DNA of 64,000 nucleotides from Escherichia coli (GTDB lineage Bacteria; Pseudomonadota; Gammaproteobacteria; Enterobacterales; Enterobacteriaceae): NCBI RefSeq assembly GCF_046105845.1, contig NZ_CP151004.1; one strand, 5' to 3'. Shown piece by piece: positions 35,963 to 46,387 of this stretch (position 1 is its first letter; each line of letters starts with the position of its first letter). The notes under the pieces were generated by a model. It saw only the letters and a program-made list of their open reading frames with translations, ran no database searches and was not told where the DNA came from. The position numbers and the translations under genes were made by a program.

Positions 35963-36741
35963 GGCTTTTCATATCAGTTGTATCACATGGACACGGGGAA
36001 TTAATTGAGTCATTAGGGTGTTTAGAAAAACTTTCGAAAAAATTTAGTGTTGTGCTTAAAGATAATAAAAATGAGTCCAACCTTAAAGAGTATTGCAAAC
36101 ATAATAATATAACCTACTTAAGTAGCGATATTCCTAGAGGATTTGGGGAGAATAATAATATTATATTTAACCATTGCTCATCAGAATTAGGCATGCAACC
36201 AGATGATATATTTGTAGTAATGAATCCAGATCTGATTATTGAAGAAAATGAATTGATAAAACTTAAAAATAGGATGATGTGTGAAAATATAGACTTTGCA
36301 ACTATAAATCTTTATAAAGATAGGGACTATCAAATATATGATCCATCAATCAGGAATTATCCGGGCATTCTTGACTTTGTAAATAGTTATCTTGGTTTCT
36401 CAAATAAAACAATAATAAATAAATCGGTAATTAAATCAAATACCCCGGTGCCATGGGCTGCAGGTTCATTCTTGGCATTAAAGTCTTATCTCTATAAAGA
36501 AGTTGATGGTTTTAATATCAGATATTTCATGTATTGCGAAGATATAGATATATGTATGAGGGTAGGTTCTTATGGTTATAAATTAATTTATATACCAACA
36601 ATAAAAGCCATACATCTAGCACGGCACAATAATCGACGTTTTTTATCAAAACATTTTTATTGGCATTTACGTAGTATGCTTATATATCTATCGGAAAAAA
36701 GAAAGTATGTCGCTAAAAAAAATAAGTGCTACACTAATTAA
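35959..36741 (+). CDS. wbbL: GT2 rhamnosyltransferase of the WbbL family
   Basis: 260 aa; shares the WbbL hallmarks VSHGHxE (N-term), WAAGSFL and YFMYCEDIDICMR with the K-12 enzyme as I remember it; located in an rml-containing cluster. Confidence 0.75.
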   Translation: MRLFISVVSHGHGELIESLGCLEKLSKKFSVVLKDNKNESNLKEYCKHNNITYLSSDIPRGFGENNNIIFNHCSSELGMQPDDIFVVMNPDLIIEENELIKLKNRMMCENIDFATINLYKDRDYQIYDPSIRNYPGILDFVNSYLGFSNKTIINKSVIKSNTPVPWAAGSFLALKSYLYKEVDGFNIRYFMYCEDIDICMRVGSYGYKLIYIPTIKAIHLARHNNRRFLSKHFYWHLRSMLIYLSEKRKYVAKKNKCYTN

Positions 36742-37936
36742 AGTGATCGGTGGAAATGCATTAGCTCAGATTATTGTCATATTAGGCACTCCTTTACTTA
36801 CGAGAATGTACCAACCGAGTGATTTTGGTATATATTCGACCATTATGGCAGTAGTTTTAATAGTGGGAATTATTGCATGTGGTAGATATGACCAGATAAT
36901 GTATAACTTCAATGACAAATATTCTTGGTATAAATGTTTTTGCAATGGGGTTGTTATAGCAACATATATATCTCTGTTCTGCTTAATTGTAACCAGTATA
37001 CTGTTTTTTTTATTTGAATTTGATGTGACTTACTTTATAATTGCACCTTCAGTGTTGACATTTGCGATTTTACAGTTATATACATCTTATTTTAGCTTAT
37101 ATGCCTATTACAGAATAATAATAATATTAAATATCATTCGTTCTTCAAGTTTAATTGTATTACAATTGATGTTGTTTAAAGTTATTGCAAATGGACTTGT
37201 CGTGAGCTTTCTAATATCGCAAATAATATGCGTTTTGTTTTGCTTAAGCTTCGCGGGGAAACTGAACAAAAATTTTAATTTTGAATTTAAAGTGGTTTTT
37301 ATTAAAGCTAGAGAAGCTGGATTGAGTTCTGTACAATCTCTTGCTAATTCCTTTTCATCACAATTACCTGTTCTTTTTATTCCTAGCCAATATGGGTATT
37401 ATACCGTTGGTCTATATGGATTAGCTGTGAGGTTGACTCAGATACCAATTATTTTTTTTACAAATGCAGTTAGGCCATATATATTAGGAGAATTAAATAA
37501 AAAGAAAAATGATTATCGTCTTTTATCAAAAATCCTATGGAGAAGTTCGGCTTTATTATTGATTTTAAGTATTCTTGGGATAGTTCTCATTAATTTATTT
37601 GCGGAAGATTTTTTTAAGTTTTATGCTGGTGATGAATGGAAAGACGCAGGTAAAATAGCCTCTGTTTTGTCATGGTGGCTATTAATTGCATTCGCTAATG
37701 TTACGTCGACTTCATATCTAACTGTTGTGGGGCGATTTAAATCGTTATTTATCTATGATATGCTTCTATTGGTATTCAGATTAATGTCAGTATGCTATAG
37801 TTTTTATGCGGATTTATCATTCTTAAACTTTATATATATTTATTCAATACTTGGTATGTTTTTTAATCTAGGTATTATAGGTTATGCAATAAAATGTGGA
37901 ATTCAAGATGCAAAAAATATTAATTGTTACAGCTGA
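36707..37936 (+). CDS. wzx: O-antigen flippase Wzx
   Basis: 409 aa, about 12 predicted TM helices, N-terminus typical of Wzx/PST flippases (..NALAQIIVILGTPLLTRMY..). Confidence 0.8.
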   Translation: MSLKKISATLIKVIGGNALAQIIVILGTPLLTRMYQPSDFGIYSTIMAVVLIVGIIACGRYDQIMYNFNDKYSWYKCFCNGVVIATYISLFCLIVTSILFFLFEFDVTYFIIAPSVLTFAILQLYTSYFSLYAYYRIIIILNIIRSSSLIVLQLMLFKVIANGLVVSFLISQIICVLFCLSFAGKLNKNFNFEFKVVFIKAREAGLSSVQSLANSFSSQLPVLFIPSQYGYYTVGLYGLAVRLTQIPIIFFTNAVRPYILGELNKKKNDYRLLSKILWRSSALLLILSILGIVLINLFAEDFFKFYAGDEWKDAGKIASVLSWWLLIAFANVTSTSYLTVVGRFKSLFIYDMLLLVFRLMSVCYSFYADLSFLNFIYIYSILGMFFNLGIIGYAIKCGIQDAKNINCYS

Positions 37937-38933
37937 GAACGGTTGGTTTGCGCAGGGTAAATTCCCTTGGGAAAGTATGGATATTGAAAGGATAAAGAGA
38001 AGGTTGGAAAGTAATAATAAAATTGTTAATGTGACTACTTTTCAATTTCTCAAAGATAATATTGCCTCGCTGAAAGATTACATAATAATATATACATCAT
38101 CTCAACGACTGGAACATAAATATTACATACAAGATATAATGTTCTTATTAAAAGATAACAATACTCTTATCCCTAACTATGAATCACTTTTGGCGCATGA
38201 AAACAAAGGATTTCAAAGTTTACTTGATAAGAAATATAATTTGGGTTTAATAAAGTCTGAATATTATTGCGATATTTGTGAAGTAAAGAATATTAAAAAT
38301 TTGAATTATCCCCTCGTTTATAAATCTGTGAATGGCGCATCATCAATGGGGGTAAAAAAAGTCCACAACACAGAAGAAATGTATAAATATGTTAAACAAC
38401 CTTGCTCAATTTCATTGGAATTATTGAAAAGAAAACTAAAAAAATATATTTTTAAAAGCAAATATAATCATCAGTGGGAGAAATATCTGTCATTTGCGCA
38501 ACAAAGATTTATTATTCAAGGTTTCATTCCTGATTTACAATATGATTTTAAGGTGTTGATTTTTGGTAAAAAATATTATCTCTTAAAGAGGTTCGTCGCT
38601 GAGAATGATTTTAAAGCTAGTGGCAGTGGGTTGCATTCGAGAAATATTGGTAGTGATTTGAAAATCGTGTTAGATTTCGCAAGAGGTATTAAAAATAAAT
38701 TTAGATCGCACATATATTCTTTAGATATTTGTGTGAAAAATAAAGAACCACACCTTATTGAGTTTCAAATGACGCACGTTGGTCCTGTTACGTTGAGTGA
38801 ATCTGATCACTATTTTATTTACAACGCAACAACAAATAACTGGGAAAAGGTGTTTTCTTTAAGTTCTCTTGAAGATGAATTTTCTAATGCAGTAGAAGAG
38901 TATATAAATGAAAGTGATTCATATAGTGCATAA
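37908..38933 (+). CDS. ATP-grasp-fold ligase-like protein, function unknown (candidate uronic-acid amide ligase)
   Basis: ATP-grasp-like pattern: PLVYKSVNGASSMGVKKV, FIIQGFIPDLQYDFKVLIFGKK...NDFKASGSGL, and C-terminal D-x9-L-I-E-F-Q (metal-binding D/E/N-like triad). Start is ambiguous (GTG 37896, ATG 37908 or ATG 37977); overlaps the wzx 3' end. Confidence 0.6.
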   Translation: MQKILIVTAENGWFAQGKFPWESMDIERIKRRLESNNKIVNVTTFQFLKDNIASLKDYIIIYTSSQRLEHKYYIQDIMFLLKDNNTLIPNYESLLAHENKGFQSLLDKKYNLGLIKSEYYCDICEVKNIKNLNYPLVYKSVNGASSMGVKKVHNTEEMYKYVKQPCSISLELLKRKLKKYIFKSKYNHQWEKYLSFAQQRFIIQGFIPDLQYDFKVLIFGKKYYLLKRFVAENDFKASGSGLHSRNIGSDLKIVLDFARGIKNKFRSHIYSLDICVKNKEPHLIEFQMTHVGPVTLSESDHYFIYNATTNNWEKVFSLSSLEDEFSNAVEEYINESDSYSA

Positions 38934-39966
38934 TTATTATGGATTTAGCGGTGCATCTCTTCAGGCAAAAAATTTAGCAAGGGCTTTGAATAATTATAGT
39001 CCGCATATTGAACAAATATTTGTGACTAGATGTCAGTGTTGTATTTCAAAATTAAATGACCATGATCAATTTAAGGTGATAGAGATACCGATATCATATA
39101 AACGACTTTGGCATTTTTTTCTCCTGTGTAAATCAATTAAGCCGGATGTTGTACATTTTCATGGGGCTGATTTCGGTCTGCTAAGTATTTGTGCTATTCT
39201 AAAAATACCAGTTTATTGGAAATCAACTCTATTAGATAGTGATGATTTTTATACATTATTGCATCGTGGTTCTTTGAGGAAATTTAAGTTTTGGTTGTTG
39301 AAGTTCATCTCCATAAATAACACGTTAACTAAGCAAATATATAAAGTTAACCGCCAATATATTCCTACAACTAAATTAGTTACGATTCCAAATGGTGTAA
39401 GCATTTCTTGTTGTACACACAGGAATGAGCTGAAAAAAGAAAAAAATGTTTTAATAATATCTGCAATCATACCAAGAAAAAAGATTATCGAAGGGATAAG
39501 ATTTTATAAAGATAACTTTGAAAACAAAGGATATAAACTTTTGATAATTGGCCCTGATAATGAAGAACTTGATGGTTTCGAAGCAAACTACGTAACGAAA
39601 TGTAAGAGTTTAAGTAATAATAATATCCATTTTTTAGGTAAATTGAAACATCAAAGCGTAAATGAAATAATGTGTCGCTCTCAATTTTTAATCCATTTAT
39701 CTGAGCGAGAAGGCATGCCAAACGTTGTATTGGAGGCGCTGGCCAGTGGTGTCTATCCGATTATAGGAGAAATGGGTGGACTTGCTTATGAGATTATTGA
39801 AAATGAATCGTATGGTTTTATTTTTAATAACAAAAACAAGTTTGATTTAAATAAATACACTGGTGTTAATATAATGGGGATGGATATAATTGATAAAAAA
39901 TATTCATTCGATGTGATTTCAAAAAAAACAGTTAATATATATACGAAACTTATTGGTGGAAAATGA
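38908..39966 (+). CDS. O-antigen GT4-family glycosyltransferase
   Basis: 352 aa; E-X7-E motif (EREGMPNVVLEALASG); overlaps the previous gene by 26 bp. Confidence 0.78.
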   Translation: MKVIHIVHNYYGFSGASLQAKNLARALNNYSPHIEQIFVTRCQCCISKLNDHDQFKVIEIPISYKRLWHFFLLCKSIKPDVVHFHGADFGLLSICAILKIPVYWKSTLLDSDDFYTLLHRGSLRKFKFWLLKFISINNTLTKQIYKVNRQYIPTTKLVTIPNGVSISCCTHRNELKKEKNVLIISAIIPRKKIIEGIRFYKDNFENKGYKLLIIGPDNEELDGFEANYVTKCKSLSNNNIHFLGKLKHQSVNEIMCRSQFLIHLSEREGMPNVVLEALASGVYPIIGEMGGLAYEIIENESYGFIFNNKNKFDLNKYTGVNIMGMDIIDKKYSFDVISKKTVNIYTKLIGGK

Positions 39967-41084
39967 AAGAAGAAAGTCATGATAATGATAAAGGAGTCTC
40001 TTTTATCGGTTTTTTATGGCTACTGGCATGTGGGTTATATATAACAAGGATAACTGCTATTAGTCCTGTTTATCTGGTTTTTATTCTCGCATTAATGTTA
40101 GCTATTCTTACAAATATTAATTGCGGGAAATATAAGGTTTCTGTTTTTACACTACTAAGTTTAATAATACTATTACTTTCAATATTTCTTTTTTTTAATT
40201 CACAAATACCTCTCGTAATTAATCTGTTGATAGTGTTACTATCACCAATGCTAGTGGATTCTTATTATAAGAGGCGATATATTACAAAACAAAATTTATT
40301 GAATGTGTTTTTATTTTATTCCTTGGTTTTCATTCTTGATGGTTTTTGGCGAATTAAACATCCCTATCTTGAACATGTAGATAAACTAGAAGAACTGGGC
40401 ATCGGCTTTCAAATATATAAAGTGAATTCATTCATGTATTCAGATTCTAATTTTGTTGGCCTGGAAGCTGTTTTTATACTATCTTGTTTTCTTTACATGT
40501 TTAAAGGTGTTCGACGGACTGGATTACTTCGGATAAAATATTTTTTCGTTTTTTGTGCTTTATTTTTGGGGGTTCTGTTAACTTTTTCTAGGGCTGCTAT
40601 CATAGCAATGATTTTACTTTTTATATTTTTCATTTTGATGAGGAGTAAATTTATTAAAACTGTTTCGTATATGTTAGCGCCAGTATTACTTGTGGTTTTT
40701 TCATGGTTTATATATAAGAGATTTACGGATGATATAAGTTTTGAGAGTAAATTTAATTTAATTAGGTATACTCTTGAATACATTAAAGATAGTGATATTG
40801 ATATGATATTGCTAGGTGTTGGTCTGGGAAATGCAGTCGAAGTAATTGGTATGGGGGCACATAATCTATTTTTGACTTTCTTAATCGAAACTGGTGTTAT
40901 TGGTTTAGTATTGTTTTTAGTTTTATTATGCATTATGTGGTTCTATCTCAAAGAAGATGCAATCATCATCATGCTTCCATTTCTAATAGCATCAATGTCG
41001 CTCGGGACAACCGCAGTACCTTACTTTTTTACCTTTACTTGGTTATGTATTCTTTACAAAAGAAAATTGTTTAATGTCGTCTGA
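39963..41084 (+). CDS. wzy: O-antigen polymerase Wzy (putative)
   Basis: 373 aa, very hydrophobic with about 10-11 TM segments and a large loop; no recognisable catalytic domain; typical position and AT-richness of Wzy. Confidence 0.65.
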   Translation: MKEESHDNDKGVSFIGFLWLLACGLYITRITAISPVYLVFILALMLAILTNINCGKYKVSVFTLLSLIILLLSIFLFFNSQIPLVINLLIVLLSPMLVDSYYKRRYITKQNLLNVFLFYSLVFILDGFWRIKHPYLEHVDKLEELGIGFQIYKVNSFMYSDSNFVGLEAVFILSCFLYMFKGVRRTGLLRIKYFFVFCALFLGVLLTFSRAAIIAMILLFIFFILMRSKFIKTVSYMLAPVLLVVFSWFIYKRFTDDISFESKFNLIRYTLEYIKDSDIDMILLGVGLGNAVEVIGMGAHNLFLTFLIETGVIGLVLFLVLLCIMWFYLKEDAIIIMLPFLIASMSLGTTAVPYFFTFTWLCILYKRKLFNVV

Positions 41085-41102
41085 CATTGGATAGGAAACA
41101 GT

Positions 41103-42110
41103 ATGAATATTTTAGTTACCGGTGGCTTAGGATATATAGGCTCTCATACTTTAATTCGATTGATTGAGCTTAAGCATAACATCATAGTGGTTGATAACCT
41201 TTCAAACTCTAAAGCAAGTGTGATCGAGCGAATAAAATCACTGAGTGGTGGAGACTTTATATTTTATAACTGTGATATTTGTAATGCTAAGTGTCTGCAA
41301 GAGATATTCTCTAAACATAATATCAATAAAGTCATTCATTTTGCCGGATTGAAATCAGTTTCAGAGTCAGGTAAGGCACCTCTAACATATTATCACAATA
41401 ATGTAGTTGGAACGTTAAATTTATTGAAGGTAATGTATTCAAATGGAATAAAGGATATTATATTTAGTTCTTCTGCAACTGTATACGGGGTGCCAGATAT
41501 TATACCTTTGACTGAAAAATGCGTAACTGGAGGAACTACAAATCCTTATGGAACCAGTAAACACATGGTCGAGCAAATCTTAATGGATTTAATTAAGTCT
41601 GATGGCGATTGGAATATAACAATTCTTCGATATTTTAATCCTATTGGAGCCCATCCTTCAGGAGAGATTGGGGAGGACCCGCAAGGAGTACCTAATAATT
41701 TAGTACCTTACGTAACTAAAGTCGCAATTGGAGATTTACCTTTTTTAACCATTTATGGCGATGATTACAGTACTCCTGATGGAACAGGAATCAGAGATTA
41801 TATTCATGTTTGTGACTTAGCTGAAGGGCATATAGCTGCATTGAACAATAAAGAAATAAGTGGTTTGCATATCTATAATTTAGGCACAGGTGTTGGCTCA
41901 TCTGTATTAGATATAATAAATACATTTGAGCAAGTTAATCATGTTTCGATTCCTTATCGTATATCTAAAAGGCGAGAGGGAGATGTCGCGCAATGCTGGG
42001 CTGACCCAACATTGATTCAAACTAAGTTAAATTGGCGTGCAAAATATAATCTTGAGGACATGCTTAAGCATGCTTGGCTTTGGCAACTCAAAAACAAGGG
42101 ATATGTTTAA
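41103..42110 (+). CDS. gne: UDP-hexose 4-epimerase, GalE family (likely UDP-GlcNAc/Glc 4-epimerase Gne)
   Basis: 335 aa, MNILVTGGLGYIGSHT, catalytic YxxxK (NPYGTSK); last gene of the AT-rich cassette. Confidence 0.85.
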   Translation: MNILVTGGLGYIGSHTLIRLIELKHNIIVVDNLSNSKASVIERIKSLSGGDFIFYNCDICNAKCLQEIFSKHNINKVIHFAGLKSVSESGKAPLTYYHNNVVGTLNLLKVMYSNGIKDIIFSSSATVYGVPDIIPLTEKCVTGGTTNPYGTSKHMVEQILMDLIKSDGDWNITILRYFNPIGAHPSGEIGEDPQGVPNNLVPYVTKVAIGDLPFLTIYGDDYSTPDGTGIRDYIHVCDLAEGHIAALNNKEISGLHIYNLGTGVGSSVLDIINTFEQVNHVSIPYRISKRREGDVAQCWADPTLIQTKLNWRAKYNLEDMLKHAWLWQLKNKGYV

Positions 42111-42217
42111 TTGAGATGATACCTTTATTTGTGCATTAATTTTACAGTTACAAAGATGTATGCTTACATCATTTGAAATGTCATAATCAAAGCAGTGTCC
42201 CCTGACAGGAGTAAACA

Positions 42218-43624
42218 ATGTCAAAGCAACAGATCGGCGTCGTCGGTATGGCAGTGATGGGGCGCAACCTTGCGCTCAACATCGAAAGCCGTGGTTATAC
42301 CGTCTCTATTTTCAACCGTTCCCGTGAAAAGACGGAAGAAGTGATTGCCGAAAATCCAGGCAAGAAACTGGTTCCTTACTATACGGTGAAAGAGTTTGTT
42401 GAATCTCTGGAAACGCCTCGTCGCATCCTGTTAATGGTGAAAGCAGGTGCAGGCACGGATGCTGCTATTGATTCCCTCAAGCCATACCTCGATAAAGGTG
42501 ACATCATCATTGATGGCGGTAATACCTTCTTCCAGGACACCATTCGTCGTAACCGTGAGCTTTCTGCCGAAGGCTTTAACTTCATTGGTACCGGTGTCTC
42601 CGGTGGTGAAGAAGGCGCGCTGAAAGGTCCTTCCATTATGCCTGGTGGGCAGAAAGGAGCCTATGAACTGGTTGCACCGATCCTGACCAAAATCGCCGCA
42701 GTGGCTGAAGACGGTGAGCCATGCGTTACCTATATTGGTGCCGATGGCGCAGGTCACTATGTGAAGATGGTTCACAACGGTATTGAATACGGCGATATGC
42801 AGCTGATTGCTGAAGCCTATTCTCTGCTTAAAGGTGGTCTGAACCTCACCAACGAAGAACTGGCGCAGACGTTTACCGAGTGGAATAACGGTGAACTGAG
42901 CAGCTACCTGATCGACATCACCAAAGATATCTTCACCAAAAAAGATGAAGACGGTAACTACCTGGTTGATGTGATTCTGGATGAAGCAGCAAATAAAGGT
43001 ACGGGCAAATGGACCAGCCAGAGTGCGCTGGATCTCGGCGAACCTCTGTCGCTGATTACCGAGTCTGTGTTTGCACGTTATATCTCTTCTCTGAAAGATC
43101 AGCGCGTTGCCGCGTCTAAAGTTCTCTCTGGCCCGCAAGCGCAGCCAGCTGGCGACAAGGCTGAGTTCATCGAAAAAGTTCGTCGTGCTCTGTATCTGGG
43201 CAAAATCGTTTCTTACGCCCAAGGCTTCTCTCAGCTGCGTGCTGCGTCTGAAGAGTACAACTGGGATCTGAACTACGGCGAAATCGCAAAGATTTTCCGT
43301 GCTGGCTGCATCATCCGTGCACAGTTCCTGCAGAAAATCACCGATGCGTATGCCGAAAATCCGCAGATCGCTAACCTGTTGCTGGCTCCTTACTTCAAGC
43401 AAATTGCCGATGACTACCAGCAGGCGCTGCGCGATGTCGTCGCTTACGCAGTACAGAACGGTATCCCGGTTCCGACCTTCGCTGCTGCGGTTGCCTATTA
43501 TGATAGCTACCGTGCCGCTGTTCTGCCTGCGAACCTGATCCAGGCACAGCGTGACTATTTCGGTGCGCATACTTATAAGCGCATTGATAAAGACGGTGTG
43601 TTCCATACCGAATGGCTGGATTAA
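42218..43624 (+). CDS. gnd: 6-phosphogluconate dehydrogenase (decarboxylating)
   Basis: 468 aa, [27 protein letters not shown]...; classic right flank of the O-antigen locus. Confidence 0.97.
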   Translation: MSKQQIGVVGMAVMGRNLALNIESRGYTVSIFNRSREKTEEVIAENPGKKLVPYYTVKEFVESLETPRRILLMVKAGAGTDAAIDSLKPYLDKGDIIIDGGNTFFQDTIRRNRELSAEGFNFIGTGVSGGEEGALKGPSIMPGGQKGAYELVAPILTKIAAVAEDGEPCVTYIGADGAGHYVKMVHNGIEYGDMQLIAEAYSLLKGGLNLTNEELAQTFTEWNNGELSSYLIDITKDIFTKKDEDGNYLVDVILDEAANKGTGKWTSQSALDLGEPLSLITESVFARYISSLKDQRVAASKVLSGPQAQPAGDKAEFIEKVRRALYLGKIVSYAQGFSQLRAASEEYNWDLNYGEIAKIFRAGCIIRAQFLQKITDAYAENPQIANLLLAPYFKQIADDYQQALRDVVAYAVQNGIPVPTFAAAVAYYDSYRAAVLPANLIQAQRDYFGAHTYKRIDKDGVFHTEWLD

Positions 43625-43652
43625 TCTGATTTAAATCAATTAATCAATGCAA

Positions 43653-43681
43653 GGCCCGGAGAAACCCTCCGGGCTTTTTTA
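43653..43681 (+). terminator. Rho-independent terminator after gnd
   Basis: GCCCGGAG-AAACC-CTCCGGGC stem-loop followed by TTTTTTATT. Confidence 0.8.
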
Positions 43682-43872
43682 TTATACAAAGCGGCAGGTT
43701 AGGGCTTTTTTTTATAATTTATAGTTAAAAACGCGATATAATACAGCGCCGCACAGCAGGATCGCTGCCTTGACAGTTCATCTACATCAGCGTTAAAAAT
43801 CCCGCAGTAGATGAAGTTGTGGTGGTGGATTAATGACCACTCTAAATGTTTAACCGGAAGAAGTCAGAGCTA

Positions 43873-45039
43873 ATGAAAATAACAATTTCAGGAACAGGTT
43901 ATGTTGGTCTTTCAAATGGTATTCTGATTGCGCAAAACCACGAAGTGGTTGCACTGGATATCGTTCAGGCCAAAGTGGACATGCTTAACAAGAAGCAGTC
44001 ACCGATTGTTGATAAGGAGATTGAAGAGTATCTGGCGACTAAAGATCTCAATTTCCGCGCTACGACAGATAAGTATGACGCGTATAAAAATGCCGATTAC
44101 GTTATTATTGCCACACCTACCGATTATGATCCGAAAACAAATTATTTTAATACCTCAAGTGTGGAAGCGGTCATTCGTGATGTGACAGAAATTAATCCCA
44201 ACGCGGTAATGATTATAAAATCAACTATCCCTGTTGGTTTTACAGAGTCCATTAAAGAACGGTTTGGTATTGAAAATGTGATCTTTTCGCCGGAGTTTTT
44301 GCGCGAAGGGAAAGCACTTTATGATAACTTGCATCCATCACGCATTGTGATTGGTGAGCAATCCGATCGCGCTGAACGTTTTGCAGCGTTATTACAGGAA
44401 GGCGCTATTAAGCAAGACATACCAACATTGTTTACTGACTCAACCGAGGCTGAGGCGATTAAACTTTTTGCCAACACTTATCTGGCTATGCGTGTAGCGT
44501 ATTTCAATGAACTTGATAGTTATGCTGAAAGCCTGGGGCTTAATTCACGCCAGATTATTGAGGGCGTATGCCTTGACCCGCGTATCGGTAATCACTACAA
44601 CAACCCGTCATTCGGTTATGGTGGTTATTGTCTGCCGAAAGATACCAAGCAGTTACTAGCAAATTACCAGTCTGTGCCGAATAACCTGATCTCGGCAATT
44701 GTTGACGCCAACCGCACGCGCAAAGATTTTATTGCCGATTCTATCCTTGCACGTAAACCGAAAGTTGTTGGCGTCTATCGTTTGATTATGAAGAGTGGTT
44801 CAGACAATTTCCGTGCTTCCTCGATTCAGGGTATTATGAAGCGAATCAAAGCGAAAGGCGTGCCTGTAATCGTTTATGAGCCAGCTATGAAAGAGGACGA
44901 TTTTTTCCGGTCACGCGTGGTACGTGATCTGGATGCATTCAAACAAGAAGCTGATGTTATTATTTCTAACCGTATGTCTGCCGATCTGGCTGATGTAGCA
45001 GATAAAGTTTATACGCGCGACTTGTTTGGCAATGATTAA
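43873..45039 (+). CDS. ugd: UDP-glucose 6-dehydrogenase (divergent allele)
   Basis: From [16 protein letters not shown], 388 aa, catalytic GGYCLPKD; N- and C-terminal thirds look divergent from the K-12 allele as I remember it, and a second ugd 3' end lies at 46287-46387. Confidence 0.93.
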   Translation: MKITISGTGYVGLSNGILIAQNHEVVALDIVQAKVDMLNKKQSPIVDKEIEEYLATKDLNFRATTDKYDAYKNADYVIIATPTDYDPKTNYFNTSSVEAVIRDVTEINPNAVMIIKSTIPVGFTESIKERFGIENVIFSPEFLREGKALYDNLHPSRIVIGEQSDRAERFAALLQEGAIKQDIPTLFTDSTEAEAIKLFANTYLAMRVAYFNELDSYAESLGLNSRQIIEGVCLDPRIGNHYNNPSFGYGGYCLPKDTKQLLANYQSVPNNLISAIVDANRTRKDFIADSILARKPKVVGVYRLIMKSGSDNFRASSIQGIMKRIKAKGVPVIVYEPAMKEDDFFRSRVVRDLDAFKQEADVIISNRMSADLADVADKVYTRDLFGND

Positions 45040-45062
45040 TTATTTTGTTTCATTCTAAGAAA

Positions 45063-45085
45063 AGGCCCTAATAAATTAGGGCCTT
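45063..45085. terminator. Bidirectional stem-loop between convergent ugd and gla
   Basis: AGGCCCTAATAAATTAGGGCCT perfect inverted repeat flanked by A-run and T-run (aagaaaAGGCCC...GGGCCTtttctt). Confidence 0.7.
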
Positions 45086-45104
45086 TTCTTATGGTTTTGT
45101 AAAA

Positions 45105-46109
45105 TCAAACTTTATAGAAGTTACGATACCATTCTACAAAGTTCTTTACCCCCTCTTTAACTGACGTTTCAGGTTTGAATCCTATTACGTCATACAGTGC
45201 TTTTGTATCAGCACTGGTTTCCAGTACATCACCGGGTTGGAGAGGCATCATATTTTTGTTGGCTTCAATACCCAGAGCCTCTTCTAAGGCATTGATATAG
45301 TCCATCAACTCCACAGGCGAACTATTACCTATGTTATAGATACGATATGGTGCTGAACTTGTTGCAGGCGAGCCTGTTTCTACAGCCCACTGTGGATCTT
45401 TTTCTGGAATAACATCCTGTAAGCGAATAATAGCTTCGGCAATATCATCAATATAAGTAAAGTCACGCTTCATTTTGCCGAAGTTGTAAACATCAATGCT
45501 TTTACCTTCCAGCATGGCTTTAGTAAATTTAAATAATGCCATATCCGGACGTCCCCATGGACCATAAACCGTAAAGAAACGCAGCCCTGTGGTCGGTAAG
45601 CCATACAAATGAGAATACGTATGGGCCATGAGTTCATTCGCTTTTTTAGTTGCTGCATAAAGCGAAACAGGATGATCTACAGAGTCATCTGTAGAGAAAG
45701 GCATCTTGCGGTTCATGCCATAAACAGAACTGGAGGAAGCGTAAAGTAGATGTTGAACATTATTATGGCGGCATCCTTCCAGTATGTTCAGGAATCCAAT
45801 CAGGTTTGCATCTGCATATGTATTGGGATTTTCAAGGGAGTAACGTACACCTGCTTGCGCAGCGAGGTTTATTACGCGATCGAACCGCTCGTCTGCAAAT
45901 AGTGCCGCCATTTTCTCACGATCGGCCAGGTCAATTTTATAAAAACTGAAATTGTCGTGCTTGAGTAAATCAAGTCGTGCTTGTTTGAGGTTGACATCGT
46001 AATAATCATTTAAGTTATCAATGCCTACAACCTGATGACCAGCTGCAAGAAGCCGTTTACTTACATAGAAACCGATAAAGCCAGCAGCTCCCGTAACCAG
46101 AAATTTCAT
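45105..46109 (-). CDS. gla: UDP-glucuronate 4-epimerase (UDP-GlcA to UDP-GalA), NAD-dependent SDR
   Basis: 334 aa, [21 protein letters not shown], YxxxK (YAATKKA); resembles Gla/Uge/Cap1J-type epimerases found next to ugd in Klebsiella-type loci. Confidence 0.8.
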   Translation of the reverse strand: MKFLVTGAAGFIGFYVSKRLLAAGHQVVGIDNLNDYYDVNLKQARLDLLKHDNFSFYKIDLADREKMAALFADERFDRVINLAAQAGVRYSLENPNTYADANLIGFLNILEGCRHNNVQHLLYASSSSVYGMNRKMPFSTDDSVDHPVSLYAATKKANELMAHTYSHLYGLPTTGLRFFTVYGPWGRPDMALFKFTKAMLEGKSIDVYNFGKMKRDFTYIDDIAEAIIRLQDVIPEKDPQWAVETGSPATSSAPYRIYNIGNSSPVELMDYINALEEALGIEANKNMMPLQPGDVLETSADTKALYDVIGFKPETSVKEGVKNFVEWYRNFYKV

Positions 46110-46280
46110 TTATAATCCTCACTCAGGCTAGAATATAGCCAATCTTCATCTGGCATAACTGAAAGTTAAATCATACCGTTAGACAAGAAAAAAAGATAAT
46201 CGGTATCAGTTCTAAACCTGGCTGTTTTTTCTGGTAACGTGCTCATTTTGCAATCATAGCTGTTCTAAGCTGACTATTAG

Positions 46281-46387
<107 letters not shown>

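Noticed and set aside
34003-42110. IS element interrupting the O-antigen cluster (as IS5 interrupts wbbL in K-12)
   Set aside because: All eight cassette genes are contiguous and intact, and no transposase-like ORF or terminal inverted repeats were seen.
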